Made by a program: the position numbers and the translations under genes. A stretch of 64,000 nt of DNA from Camelus dromedarius. Lineage: Eukaryota. The stretch lies in the NCBI RefSeq assembly GCF_036321535.1, contig NC_087438.1:10790001-10854000 (forward strand). Direction: 5' to 3'. The notes beneath the pieces were generated by a model. That model was not told the origin of the DNA. It was given only the letters and a program-made list of their open reading frames with translations, and searched no databases. This document shows positions 36,307-49,249 of this stretch, in pieces. Numbering within the stretch: the stretch's first letter is position 1; each line of letters begins with the position of its first letter.

Positions 36307-39300
36307 AAAAGAGAATATCAAAAAATCTTCTTAACATTATTTTATTTGTAGCTAGAAATAATGTTTCTATGTCTTAGAAGCCGTCAGGCATTTAGATGTC
36401 TTAGAACCTTAAATCACAGAATACAGATGTGAGAGGCAGTTCATGGCTTTAGGAAAGGGGTAAGGAATTTGCTGAACTTCCACATAAGGGGAGAGCTTTG
36501 AATTCATATTCCGTGTAGACACAGTTGCTACTCATTGAAACTAGGCAGTGAGACAGTAACGCATTGTAAGTATTTACTTTTATAAATTCTGGTAAGTGTA
36601 ATTCTAGCTATGGCAGATGTGGGGCGATTTCTTCAGGCACCAAGATGAGACTTGATGAAGCCACTTTGTTCTGAATTCATGTGATCGTCGATATGAAAGT
36701 CAAGAAAACCTAGGTCTTAATTCCTGTATCTTTGCTGAGTTATCCCGGTGAAGTCCCCACTCTGTGTTTTTCCTTATCACTTGCAAATCGCTCAGTCCTG
36801 CTTCTCTGAAGGAGAAAGAGGTGTGCGGCTGAGTTCCTCCTGAATTTCTCAGTCCTCCTTACTTTCTTGTTTCTGACTCCTCAGTTGAATGAGGGCGATG
36901 TGAGCTCCTGAGGCAACAAGCGACCGTTCCTGTTTTTACATGGAGGGTTTTCTAAGGAACCAGAGCCCAGGGAGGGGAAGTTGCCTGCCTGAAGTCACTC
37001 TAAGAATGAATGACAGGGCCTCAAACACTGGTTATCCTTCCACTGCTGTGTTTAGAATTTGCTCCAGCTCTTACTTGAGGGTGGGATGACTCCTTACTCA
37101 GCCTTGGGAGGCAACCTATACAAAGTCTAATATTCCTTGTACCCTGAGTATTCAGGTCTCTCTTACCTCCTTAATAGACTGGAAACTCTTAGAGGCAGAA
37201 AAATGAGAATAGTGCCTTGCCTTGAGCTTGCCTCGTAAGTACTAATGTTACTGACAAGCGAGAAAGAAAGTGAAAGGATGGATGGACAGACGGGTGGGTG
37301 GATGGAACTATAAAGCACACTGAATTTGCTTACTAAAGTTGCCTTGTTAGATGTGCATTGAAATAAGGAAACAAACTTTTATGTGTATTTTGAATTTGCA
37401 AAACAGGTAAGTTTAAAACAGTTATTTTACTTTAAATAAAAATTGCCTTAAGAATAAAGTCCAGTTTTAAAAACTCATTTTACAGTAAACTTTTTAGAAA
37501 CTGATCTATTGATGAGTTTTACAGTAAACAATAAAGTACTGATACACAAAATAACTTAAAGCAAACTATTTTCTAGCTTGGTCAATGTCTCGTTTTAACA
37601 AAGCTATTGTATTCTGTCTATTTCCACGTGCATAAATCAGTATTTTGGCTGGGAATGGAAAGTTAATTGATGATTGATTTGCAGTCTACCTTTCCCCCAA
37701 AGGATTAGACACTGTTTACTGCTAAATCATAATGCAAAATATAAATGCATATGACTCGTAAACACGAGGTGCTTTTTTGACACTTATATTATTATTCCCC
37801 AACAACACAGGCCAAGTTACAATTCATCAGGTTAGAGATGAGCAAATGAATGGCTTCAGAGTAGGAAGAAGCAATAAAGGAAATTTTCTACAACCAAAGA
37901 AATAAGATGGGTTTGGGGCGGGATGATTGATACTGATGCCCAGTGATCACAGAGAGATGGAGAGTTATGCTTTGGCTGGGTCCATCTAAGCGCTGACCAC
38001 TGAATGCAGAATCATGGCTTTGAGACTCAGATTTGGATAGTAGTATTTGCAAGTAATTTTATATTGCGAAAATGCCTTTCTCAGTAAGATTTAATTGATG
38101 TCAAAATTCACTATTTACTAAATGCCTAGGGCACTGTGTGACCCGGTAAGCCAGCAGCAACTTTATTCATGGGTTAAAACATACATACATATAAGTATAT
38201 ATAAGTATGTACACTTTATATGTAATACATTCTCTATATATTTTATGCATTAAAATAAGAAAAACATGAGAAAATAGTTTCACATCATCAGCAGGATATG
38301 AATAATTATTGATGCTGTGAAACTGTTCATGTTCTGTTTCTGAAATAAATGATTGGGGAATATAATCTGAAATAGCTAAATCAAAATACTGAATTCAAAA
38401 AGATAACTGTTTATATGATGTTGGACAAATGGCTGAAACTTTCTGTGCCTCAGAATGTTCATCAGAAAAATGGAGCTGATAAGAGCGGAACTCACGTTAG
38501 AGGGCTGTTGTTTTGAATGGATGTGGCAAAGCACATGATACAATAAATGCTCAAGCCCTACTAGTTATGATGCATACACAGCCGTGCCCTTCTCTTTATC
38601 ATAACATTTACCATACCTTTTCCAACTGCTTGTTTAATTATCTATCTTCCTTTCTTGACCGTAAGCCTCATAAGAGCAGGAATCTTATCTTTTCTCATAG
38701 TATTTCTAGCATTTGGTGCTGGGCTTGGCATGTATAAGGATGCTCAGTAAATATTTGCTGAATATGTGAATGAATAATTTGGAGGGAAAGCCCTCAATTA
38801 TTTTTAACATGGTGTGGGTCAAATAAAACACATCGGAGGACTGCATTTGGCCTATGGACATCCAATTTGTGATTTTTGCTAAGAGTATGGCCATGATAAT
38901 TTAGCATGGAAGTCTTTCAGACATGTGTTATCAATCTTTTATATGACTCTGGAAGACTCAACAAACATCCATAGCATGTCTAATTTGGGACAATAAAGAT
39001 GCTAGTGAAACCTTGACATTTCAATAGTTCAGATGATTTCAAATATTTCTCTCCCAAACTGAAAGAAGGACAAAGTTGTTTTATTTCCTCTCCCTTTAAG
39101 TTAAAAATAATTCTCCCTGTTTTAAAAAATGACAGTGTGTCTTAACAGCTTCCAAGTTATAGCTAACAACACTTTGCTGTTTCTTAGGGATGTGTTTCAT
39201 CTGTTATCTATTCATAACCCGAAGTTGCTGTCCTTGGAGGAAGACCAGAAGCTATACGGAGGGAGTCTCCTCCAATAAGTCCTTGATGTCCATGCTCTGT

Positions 39301-39919
39301 GCTCCCTACTGGTCCTTGAAATGCAATCTCTCCACCCAGTATTTAACTTCATGGCATTTGGTACTTGGAAACTATTTAAAAAGAAAAAAAAATGACTTAA
39401 CTCCAGTCAATGTTGCATTAAAAAAGTTTCCTTTGGATAAAAAATTAGGATAGAAATGATGAGACACATTTCCCCAGGCATCATTCAGAGTTCACTATGA
39501 ACAAATGTTAACTGTAAAAAAAAAGTTTTTGTAAATAATGCAGTTTCAATAACCGTAACACATTTCTTATATAAGCATGGGCACAACTATTTTAATCGAA
39601 CTTTAGTGGCTGTCTAGACAGACTGATAGAATATCTTGATCTGGAATTTAACTAGAGATTAAAAAACTCAGAGGAAAAATGCTTTGATGTCTTTTTTGGG
39701 AAGATGTGGTTTTGGAGGTGAACAAGCCTATGGAGGGAGGATGCAAGAATGCTGGTTTTAGAAATGAGATATTAGGTAAAAGAGAGAGACAAAGAACATG
39801 GTGAGAAGCTGTCATATTTGTGAATCCACTTTTAGGGATTATTCTGTAACTCAAATTTGGAACTAGGTCCATAATAGATCTCATGTGTTTGGCAGTAAAT
39901 AGTACCGATGTTTGAAAAA

Positions 39920-40130
39920 TGGGATTAGTCAGCTCCAGCACCAGCTATCTCTATTGCTATCAGTAATCTTATTTTGATGACGTTTCTGTTGTTATTACAT
40001 TCCAAGTCATGTCTAGAGGGCTGCCCATTACGTGAAGTCTCTAAACAGCTGGGAAGAGGAAGGGGTGGCAGGGCTGGGTGGCAGCCTCTCTCCCACGGTC
40101 TTTGTTTTCTGTCTGCCTCCTGCATCCACC
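39920..40130 (+). repeat. dispersed direct duplicate of 20678-20888
   Basis: Ungapped 211-bp alignment with about 26 mismatches by hand count (~88% identity). Confidence 0.95.
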
Positions 40131-40559
40131 GCCAAAATGGCTCTTCCCTTTCCTGTTCATCGTCTCGAGACTTCAGTGTTGCCTTTTCTGCTGTTCTTCC
40201 AAGAAGGAGGTCTCTGCAATTATGTCCCATCTTTCAGTTTTTAACCCCAAACTTCACGCTTTAGTATGTGATTTAAATATGGGCCCGGTAAGAAAGTAAC
40301 CCTGGCTTCACCCTGGGGTCTGGAAGAATCAGACACAATTAGGTACTCTGCAGAGAGAAACTGGGGGAAAGCCTCAATCGAAGTGTGAAGCTTTACAGTT
40401 TATGATGGAACGGAAGGGTTGGAACTGCTGACATGAGGCTGCGAGAAATCTTCTAGCCTCTGTCTGGAACTTCTGGAACCCATTTTCTGGAGGAAGCCAG
40501 CTGTCATGTATGGAGACTACCCCTGGGCTGCTCTGCTGGGAGGAAGTCCAGGCAGTCAT

Positions 40560-41790
40560 ATCCTTGCTCATTATGTCATCTATTGTGACAACTGCCAAAT
40601 ATATACATTTGCCCCCTCTCCTCTGAGCCTCAGAGTCGTGCACCCACAGGTCCACTTCACATCTCCGCTTGAAAGCCCCATCCCGCAAGCATCACGGTGT
40701 AAATGTTGGAAACGGAACACTGGATTTCTAGTCTCCCCTGCCCCCCAAATCTCTCCCTTCTTCAATTTCTCATCTTGGGAACTGGTTCCAACACCCACCC
40801 AGTGCTTTAGCCTTCATTTATCTTCTTGCAAACCTCACATCTAGTCCATCTGTAAAAAACTAGCTGTTCTGTGTCCACTCGTGTCCCTTGAATTTTTTCC
40901 AGTTTTCTCCACCTCCACTGTCTGCATCATCATCTCTTTCAATGGCCTCCACAGTGGACTCCTGCCTCCTTTCCTGTCACTCATCTGTCCATCCTGCACT
41001 CACCAACTACCGTTATGTTTTAAAATGTCGGTCAGATCTTCCCAGGTCCCTGTGTGGACACCTGAATAGCTTGCTAAGGCGTCTGAGTACCACCCCAACC
41101 ACAGAACATGATACGTGTGGTCCTCCATGGTCTTCTACAGCCTCATTTCGTGGCCCTCTCCCCTTGCTCAGTTCTTCCAGCACACCAGCCCTTTCTCACC
41201 TAGGGACCTTGGTAATGACTGCCCTTTCCTTGGACCACTCCCATCTGCTCTTCACATTCTCAGCTTAAATATCATTGGAGAACTCTCACGACTGCCCCAC
41301 CTAGTGTAGTTTCCTCCAGTGTCTTTAATCATGGCATCCTATTTGTTTACCATAACGTTTGTGACCACTGTAATTATTATTTTTATTATTGATTTATGTT
41401 GAAGTAGAGTTGATGTACAATGCTATGTAAGTTGCAGGTGTACAATAGAGTACAATGGAGTTTAAAAGTTAAATTCCATTTATAGCTATTATAAAATATT
41501 GGTCGTATTCACTGTGTGGTACAATATATCCTTGTAGCTTATTTTATGCATAAAATTTTGTACCTCTTAATCCCCGCCCCCTGCACTGCCCCTCCCCCTT
41601 TCCCTCTCCCTACTGTAATTGTTTGTGTTTTCACATTTAATATGTACCATCTGGCTCTTTATATACCCTTTAAACACCACAAACTTATGGCCCATGTCTG
41701 TTTTCTATTCTCCATTTTGTCCTTGGTACTTATCATAGTGCCTGTCACAAACCAGGTGCTCAGCTAGATATTCTGTTGAATAAATTAACA
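40560..41790 (+). mobile_element. L2 (interrupted by an L1 end)
   Basis: tgacaactgccaaatatatac...cctcacatctagtccatc...tcatagtgcctgtcaca...caggtgctcagctagatattctgttgaataaatt. Confidence 0.75.
41376..41611 (-). mobile_element. short L1 3'-UTR end
   Basis: ttgaagtagagttgatgtacaat...tgtggtacaatatatccttgtagcttatttt...ccctccccctttccctctccc; direct repeat actgtaatt at 41367-41375 / 41612-41620. Confidence 0.85.
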
Positions 41791-43329
41791 AATACCAAAG
41801 CCTTGGGAAATCTCAAGAGAACCATGTACTTGATTTAGGGGAGAAGCTGTGAGAAAGCGTTCTCTTCCATAGTGAGACAGACTAGAAAACCAGGAACGGA
41901 AGCCTGTTTTGAAGGGTATCAGGGCAGCATTACACCAGGGAGACCTGGTCCCGACCCATCTCCTGTTATTCCTCTTGGACTAGCTGCCCAGCCTTTCATC
42001 ACTCGAGTTCCCATTTTTCTCCTGCCCCTGGAAATCCCACTCCCAAGTCTGACTCTTCAGCAGTCCCGCCCTCTTCTCCTTCATCTCCACCTGTGACGCC
42101 CCCCCTACCCAAGTGCAGTTCTCACGTCAGAAATGCCCCTACCCGCAGCCTGAAACCGGAAGCCCCCACTTGCCCCACTCAGTGAATGGGGGAGGCCTGG
42201 GGCAGGGGAGGGAACCCTCAGTTCCTTGGTTCTACAGCTGTGCTTCCAGCTCCCAAACTGAGTGAGGAAGAGATGGCAGTGGAACCCTCAAGCAAAGAAG
42301 TTCAGTAGACAAGTGGGTTCAAGACTGAGCCTCAGAGGAGAGTTTCAGGCCAATGTACACATTTGCGAGTTGTCATAATAGATGAAACCTTGAGAAAGGA
42401 TAAAACCCACAGGAAGAGGCATTAGAAGGAGGAGGAAAGAGGATGGCTGACAGCAAAAAAAAAAAAAAAGAGTAACTGGGAGGAAAAGAAAAGTTTTTCT
42501 TCTCCGACACTTGGTCCAGATGGGAAGAGACTGTCTCCAAAGCACATCAGCTCCTGATGTGACCTCTGCTCCCCGGACGTCAACCTGAGGAAGCAAGATG
42601 AAGGGACCTTCTGACTTTGGTTCCAAATATTACAATATCCCCCGTCTCCCACATGTTGCCCATTTCTTCCATGAAGCCCACGAGGGCTTTGAGAAGTGTT
42701 TGGGAACTGGTCCTTTTTGCTACGTGGAGCTCACCATTGCTCTCTGTCTCACCCTGGCTGCCTGGCCTCCTGCAGGCAGAGTGACCCCAGTGTTATACCC
42801 CCGCCCCAGGCCACCCTTCTGTGAGCTCCAGGCCTGGGAGCAAGCCCCTGGACCTTCCTGTGATGCCCCAGAATCCTAGTTACCAAAACATTTGCAGGTT
42901 CTCTTTCTCTTCTTTTGTGTTAATTTTGTTCAGAGAGTCACAACTACAGGATTTCTCAATGATTAGCTGATAACTTAGGCATGGAACTCACTGCAGCCAT
43001 CAGACTTGAATTTTGTAAAGGGACTCGTGAGATCCCCAACGTCGAGCCCTTTACCAAAGGGAAATCTGTTCCACATGCGCCTTGGAAAGAAGATGCATAA
43101 ATGAAGACTCTGAAGGCTCAGCACCTGCTGATCTAGGACCTTCCCCACAGGGTGACTCCCTAGGATGGGAGTGGAGCCAAGTGCTCTTTGGGGGGAGGGC
43201 TGAACTCATTCTTTTGCTTCTCTCTGAGAGAAAGAGGGTTTGAGGAACCCATGGTTAAGGGTGTCTGAGGCTGAAGATGGAGGAGAACAAAGAAACTTCT
43301 GGTTACTTCACAGCAGGAGTAAAACTCAG

Positions 43330-43495
43330 CACACAGGTTTTACAAAATACAAACAATGCTTGCATCTCACCCCTAGAGATTCTGATGTGATTTTGTCTTA
43401 AGTGCAGCTGGAATCACAGCCTAGAGATTCTGATGTGATTTTGTCTTAAGTGCAGCTGGAATTTTAAAAGCTTTTGAGGGAATCTCAAAAGAGTC
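43330..43495. mobile_element. MER5-like hAT fossil containing a 43-bp direct duplication
   Basis: ctcacccctagagattctgat is a MER5 motif; cctagagattctgatgtgattttgtcttaagtgcagctggaat occurs at 43372-43414 and 43420-43462. Confidence 0.7.
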
Positions 43496-43513
43496 TCAAA
43501 AGAGGGAGTGTCT

Positions 43514-44142
43514 GTAATCGCCAAGACATGGAAGCAATCTAAATGTCCATCGACATGCAAATGGATAAAGATGTGGTATGTATGTGTATATATATTTATG
43601 TGTAGATGTGTATACACATTTATGTGTAGATGTGTATACACATATACGTGTATATATGTATATATACACACAATGGAATATTACTCAGCCATAGAAAGGA
43701 ATGAAATAATGTCATTGGCAGAAACATGGATGGAACTGGAGATTATTATATTAAGTGAAGTAAGTCAGTTGAGAAAGACAAATATCATATAACTTATGTG
43801 TGGAATCTAAAAAAAATGATACAAATGAACTTATTTACAAAGAGAAATAGATGCACAGACATAGAAAACAAACTTATAGTTACCAAAGGGGAAAGGGTTT
43901 GAGGGGAGGGATAAATTAGGAGTTTGAGATTAGCAGATACAAACTACTATACATAAAATAGATAAATAACAAGTTCCTACTGTATAGCACAAGGAATTAT
44001 ATTCAATATCTTATAACAACCTATAATGGAAAAGAATTTGAAAAAGAATATATATGTATTTATAACTGAATCACTTTGCTGTGCACCTGAAACTAACACA
44101 ACATTGTAAACTAACTCTACTCCAATTAGAAAAAAAAAAAAA
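43514..44142 (+). mobile_element. 5'-truncated L1 3' end with an internal TA/TG expansion
   Basis: IAKTWKQSKCPS...MEYYSAI; poly-A; TSD aaaagagggagtgtct (43498-43513) / aaaagaggcagtgtct (44143-44158). Confidence 0.93.
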
Positions 44143-44442
44143 AAAAGAGGCAGTGTCTTGGGTAGCTCTTCAAATATCCACCTCATGGATCCAAAGTTCC
44201 CTCCATCTGAAATCGAGACCTTCAAAGCACAAGCTTGAACTCAATCACGGAAATACAGCACGGCTAATAGGTGCATTTTAGACTATGGGTGAAGAAAGAA
44301 GATAAGGCCACAAAAACACGAATACCAAAAGCTTTTCATACCATTTTTCTCATGGGTATGGGTTGTTGTGTTTGTGGGAGGCAATGGAACTGAGAGCAAC
44401 CAGGAGAAAACATTATAATCTAGGGCTGGGGTGAGTGATCTT

Positions 44443-44589
44443 TTTTTTTTTTTTTAATTTATTTTTATTTTTGGGAGGGAGGTAATTAGGTTTATTTCTT
44501 TATTTATTTCTTAGTGGAAGTGCTGATTGAACCCAGGACCTCACGCTTGCTAAGCAGGCACTCTACCACTGAGCTATACCCTCCCTCCT
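44443..44589 (-). mobile_element. tRNA-Ala-derived SINE (camelid Vic-1-like)
   Basis: Reverse complement gggagggtatagctcagtggtagagtgcctgcttagcaagcgtgaggtcctgggttcaatc...cctaattacc...poly-A; TSD tgagtgatctt (44432-44442) / tgagcaatctt (44590-44600). Confidence 0.9.
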
Positions 44590-46899
44590 TGAGCAATCTT
44601 ATGTACAGAATTTTTGTGCCCTTCCTTTTCATTAATCCAGGCACGAGGTGGGTCCCAGTTCTCTCTCAAGGTGCCCCAGACTCGCAAAGCCAATAAAATC
44701 TCCTGAGAATCTCTGAGCCACGCTGATCTCTGTTGTCTCTCTGTGACAGTTTTGTCCAAAGGGCTCTGGTGCCTACATGAAAGGAGGGAGTGGCACTAAC
44801 GATACAGTTCAACCTAAATTTTGTGCTTTAGACCCTCTTGAAACAGCCTAGTCACAAAAAGATACGTTATAGTGTAAGAAAAATTAAATTGGAGAGAAAC
44901 ATGTCATAAAACTTTTGACAAGAATTATAAATCCAATTTATTTATCCACAAAAAAAAGGACTGTCAGTAGTGGACATGGTAATAAATCAGCTTAGATGAT
45001 TAGAAATAATGCAGTGAATAATCCGCAAAGGAATTAGGAACCAAATAGTAATTTCTGAGTAATATATTATCAGGTTGCATTGGTTGCAAAACCGATGTGC
45101 CCCTGAACCGCTGTGAAAAGCTGCAACGACTCTGGAATTAAGAAATTTGGGCGTTGTGAGTAGGAGTGGTATTTACTTGGTTTTCAGCTCTTGAAAGAGG
45201 CAGCTTGATTGGGAGGTGGGTGGCTTTGTGTCCAGCATACGTGACATATTTAATTCTACACACCATGGATAGAATGCAATTGTTAGACTGACTACTTCGT
45301 ATTCCAGTGCGTCCTTGCTCATCATATTTCTGTTTTGGCTCTTGTGGCTGCCTTTGCCTTCTAACCTAAACATTTTACCCCCTTTGGCAGCATTAAGAAC
45401 CCTGATTGTTAGACTTAACAAGAGGATGTGCCAAGTGCTTGATCAAAGCAGGTCATGATTTTATTAAGTTGCATTAAACCTGACAATTGTCAGCCTTGAG
45501 TACTTTCCACCTCCCTGTCTCCCCGAGGTCAGGAATAATGTAGGAATTTTAATGTGATTCTCCGCGGTGGCTGATTTGAATTTCTAGGACAGTAAGAAGA
45601 ATTTCTAGGATGTTAGGGAAGAGGGCACATTCCTAGGGGAAGACTGCCTCTCCCAGGTGTTATCTCAAATGAAATGGCCTCAAACTGTATTAATATGCCA
45701 CCAGTTGTATCCTATGAGAGCTTATCAAGAAATAAATTTAGTAGCCATGGCGTTCGTCTTTGCTAAATCAGGAACTGTGTAACTTGTGGGCTTGCGTCAG
45801 AGGTTGAAGGAAACCTGCGAGCCTGCTAACCCTCATGCAGCAGACAGTCACATGGCTTGTTCTTCTAAAGTCCAGCTGGCAACCTTTGAAAAGAAACCTA
45901 TTTGATTGGCAGCCGTGCAGCTTTGCAATTTCTTGTGCCATCCAGGTCAGAAAATCATATTGGAATGAGCAGACATAGCTACCATTAAAAAAAAGTTAGA
46001 GTTAATGAGTGCTTATCAAATGTTTATATAAGTGATAATTTGACATGGTGAGGAGCTTTTGGACAGAAATGCATGGGCTGGTGATATCTAAAAGTCAAAA
46101 CTTCTAGATTGGAATCAGGGCTATAAATATGCTATTATCTTGGTGTCTGTTTCAAAAATTGTGTATAGTTTCATTTGAAAGTTTAGTCTAAGTTCCAGTG
46201 ACCTGATACGTAATAAACCATGTATGCATGTATCTATCTATATGTATATATACGCACAGACATATGTGATCTGCATATATATACATAAAAGGATATAGAT
46301 ATCAAAGGAATATATAAAAAATCCATCTATATATCATTTTATATCCTTTCTTCCTTTCTCTGTCTCTGTCTCTCTTTCTCCTCTCTGTAGACATATGTGC
46401 ATATCCATATACGTATTTTTTCCTTCTTACGCATATTTTCCTTAGAGAGAAAATCATCTTGATGTGGCTGGAGCAAGGTAAATGTAGATATTCCTCAGCC
46501 AGCTTTCAAGGTCTAGGATTGAACTCTTTGCATGCACCAAGAGAGACACAGGAAGAGACAGAGAGATTGCTCTTAAAAGCATTGTCCACTCAGCAGTTCC
46601 ATTGGAGAGAAACATTGCTCATTGTAAAGGAAACTGAAAGAGAAAAAGAAACATTGGACTGTAATGGTTGCTGCATCAATTTGCTGACATTTCACAATCA
46701 TCTCCCTGCAAATTGGACTCGTTGGCATCAAGGAACACGTGGGTGAATACCAGATGCAGAAGCATCTCAGCTTGGCTTCTTCTATGACGGTGAAGTCTAG
46801 CAACTACTTTTAGTCCTGAGAAGGTAGCTTAAAGTGGTAACAGACTTACACTTGGTATTTCTTTTTCTTTCTTGTATTAAAAAAAAAAAAAGCCCTTCT

Positions 46900-47420
46900 C
46901 TCTGGAGGGAGTTTAAGGTACTTGAGACTTATATTTACTGCTGATTTTTAACTATGACGTTTACCTGTTCATTGCCATGTTTCATCTTGGTCTTCATAAT
47001 AGCCTTATGGTGTCCAGCCTCAGAAGGGCCCCAATCATGTTCAGTGACCACTCCCTTCTCCTTTCCAGGATGAGGCAAGTCCCTAGGACCATCTGGGAAA
47101 AGATGGGCTGTTTCCTCCTCAGTAGTAGAGACATTTGATTGCTTTTCTAGTATTTCGCCATTTTGGTAACTTGACCACTGTTCCTCCATTTCTTCTGCTC
47201 CTACTGCCACCTGCTGACCAACTTTCTCTCTGCATAGCTTGGGTTCCCATTCTCTAGGCAAGATCTGATCCCATTAGCCAGTCACCACAGGCCTATGCCC
47301 ACATGCCTGTTGAACAGAACTGTAAGACTGTATGGCATTGGATGAGACCTTCATCCCTGGTCTGACATGGATGGGATCTGAGTGGTGGGGTCCTGGTGGC
47401 ATGGCACAGATTCCCTTGTA
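46900..47420 (-). mobile_element. old MaLR/ERV-L LTR remnant
   Basis: tctaggcaagatctgat...agccagtcaccac...cttcatccctggtc...ggggtcctggtggcatggcaca resembles reverse-complemented old MLT1 LTRs. Confidence 0.35.
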
Positions 47421-47759
47421 TGAGTTGCTGTATCTGACTCTGACCCCATATGGGAGATGATAACCTTGCCTCACAGGGTGGCTGTCAGGATTGAAAAAGA
47501 AATCCCAGTGTCCAGCATGGTAGGGCCTTAGCTGAGCTACAGGCTTTTCCTGCTCTGCTGCTATCTTTGGACTTGAACCTGTGGCAGATAGTAACTTTTT
47601 TGGATTTTTATTTTCTCACAATCTTTTTTGTTTTTGCCTTTTTGATTTGTATGTCTCCAGAGTGATGCAGATGAGTCATATTTAGGGTCCAGCTGTAAAA
47701 ATGACATGTTTTATCTTTGGATGAGGATGTGATGATGGTGATAATGATGGTAATGAGGA

Positions 47760-48000
47760 TGAGGATGACGACTGGGGCCAGCCACACCGACTGCTGGCAC
47801 GTGCCAGGCACTGTGTGAAGTGCTTTGCATGAATTATCTTATTTCATACTCATCTTGATTCTACAGAGCAGGTTCTGTTCTTGTCCCTATTGTACTGAGG
47901 CCACTGAGAGTCTCAGGAAGGTTAGATAACCTGCCCAAAGTTACACGCCTGTGGACCCAGTTTTGGAGTGGAGTTCAGTTTTGACCTCCACTGAAGAGCT
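47760..48000 (-). mobile_element. MIR SINE
   Basis: cacgtgccaggcactgtgtgaagtgctttgcatgaattatcttattt...ggttagataacctgcccaaagttacac. Confidence 0.8.
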
Positions 48001-49249
48001 GAGCCTTCCAGCAGCCAGTAGGTTGAATTTTTAGTTTCTGGAGAGTAATTTTGGCAGCTGTCTTGCTGTTAGAGAATCATTATGTAGCTTGCTAATTTAT
48101 AATATCATCCGTCCTCAAAGTGGCCAGCATATAAGTGGTGCATGTGAAACTGACTTTTAAAAATTAGTGACCAATCAGTTTAAATGATTAGAATATTGGC
48201 CAAATCAATGTTTAATTGTGACAAGAGAACTTACGACAAGTGCCCTTGGGGGTATGTACATATAATAGAGGAACTGATAAAGTTATATTTTAAGAAACCA
48301 ACCAAAGATAAAATCTGCAAGCCCTGTTCTCTCATGGTGGTTATAGAAACCAATGCTCCGAATCAACTGCTAATTCGGATTAATTTATATCCCACTGGTA
48401 GCTCATGAAAAAATGTTCTCTGTGTTTTATTTTTTAAAATGTGATGTACAGTCATTGCAACCAGTATATTTGATACCTTATTTATAAAGAATCTTAAATA
48501 TGGAATAATTTAAAATAAACGGTCCCATTTTTATTATTTGATTCTGTCGTCAGTGGCACACACACACTTTGCTTATTTCAATATCTGGAAGCTTCTGCTC
48601 TAAGGACAAATGTGAACAATTATATCATCCTAACACCTTGACCCACTCTTTTTTTCTTGTTTCTTTTTTTTAGGTTCTTCCCAGGATTGCAGGCCCATCT
48701 TTTTTTTTTTTAAGAAAAAAATAGAATGATTAGCTTTGTCCCTCTCCTGTCTACCTGCTGTTAAGGCACTGATGTTTATTACTTCTAAATGAGGTGACAA
48801 ACTTGTCAATAGCTCTCCTCTTCGAGAAGGTCAAAGGGTGTGATATTTGGATATTTTTAAGAACATTTGAAATGGATATTTTAATATTTTGGGTAACAGC
48901 TTTCTCAGCCTTCATTGAAAGAAAACCATAAATCATTCCTTACATTTAGTAATTTAGGTGAATTTATAGCAAAGAAGTAAAAGTGGCATCGGTCTAGTAG
49001 TTCTGGAAAAAGATGAAGAATGAGGTTATCTATTAAAGCTCAGTATAGGTAATTCAAATCAAAAGGACAAGGGACAGAATTTGCATAATATTAAAACATG
49101 ATCAGTGTGAAATACGCTCCTGTACCTTCTTATAATAAACTGCCATGGCAAGCTTACAAATCAAACCCATGAAGTTGTGTAAGTAGAATTTACATACCCA
49201 TGTATACAGCTTCAAGTGACAAGTGCATATGGAATGAATGAATGAATCT

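Noticed and set aside
43372..43462. CRISPR-like repeat-spacer unit
   Set aside because: Only two copies with a 5-nt spacer, inside a mammalian DNA-transposon fossil.
48645..48700. Strong-looking splice acceptor (also ~62575-62590)
   Set aside because: No convincing paired donor or reading frame; T-tracts followed by AG are common by chance.
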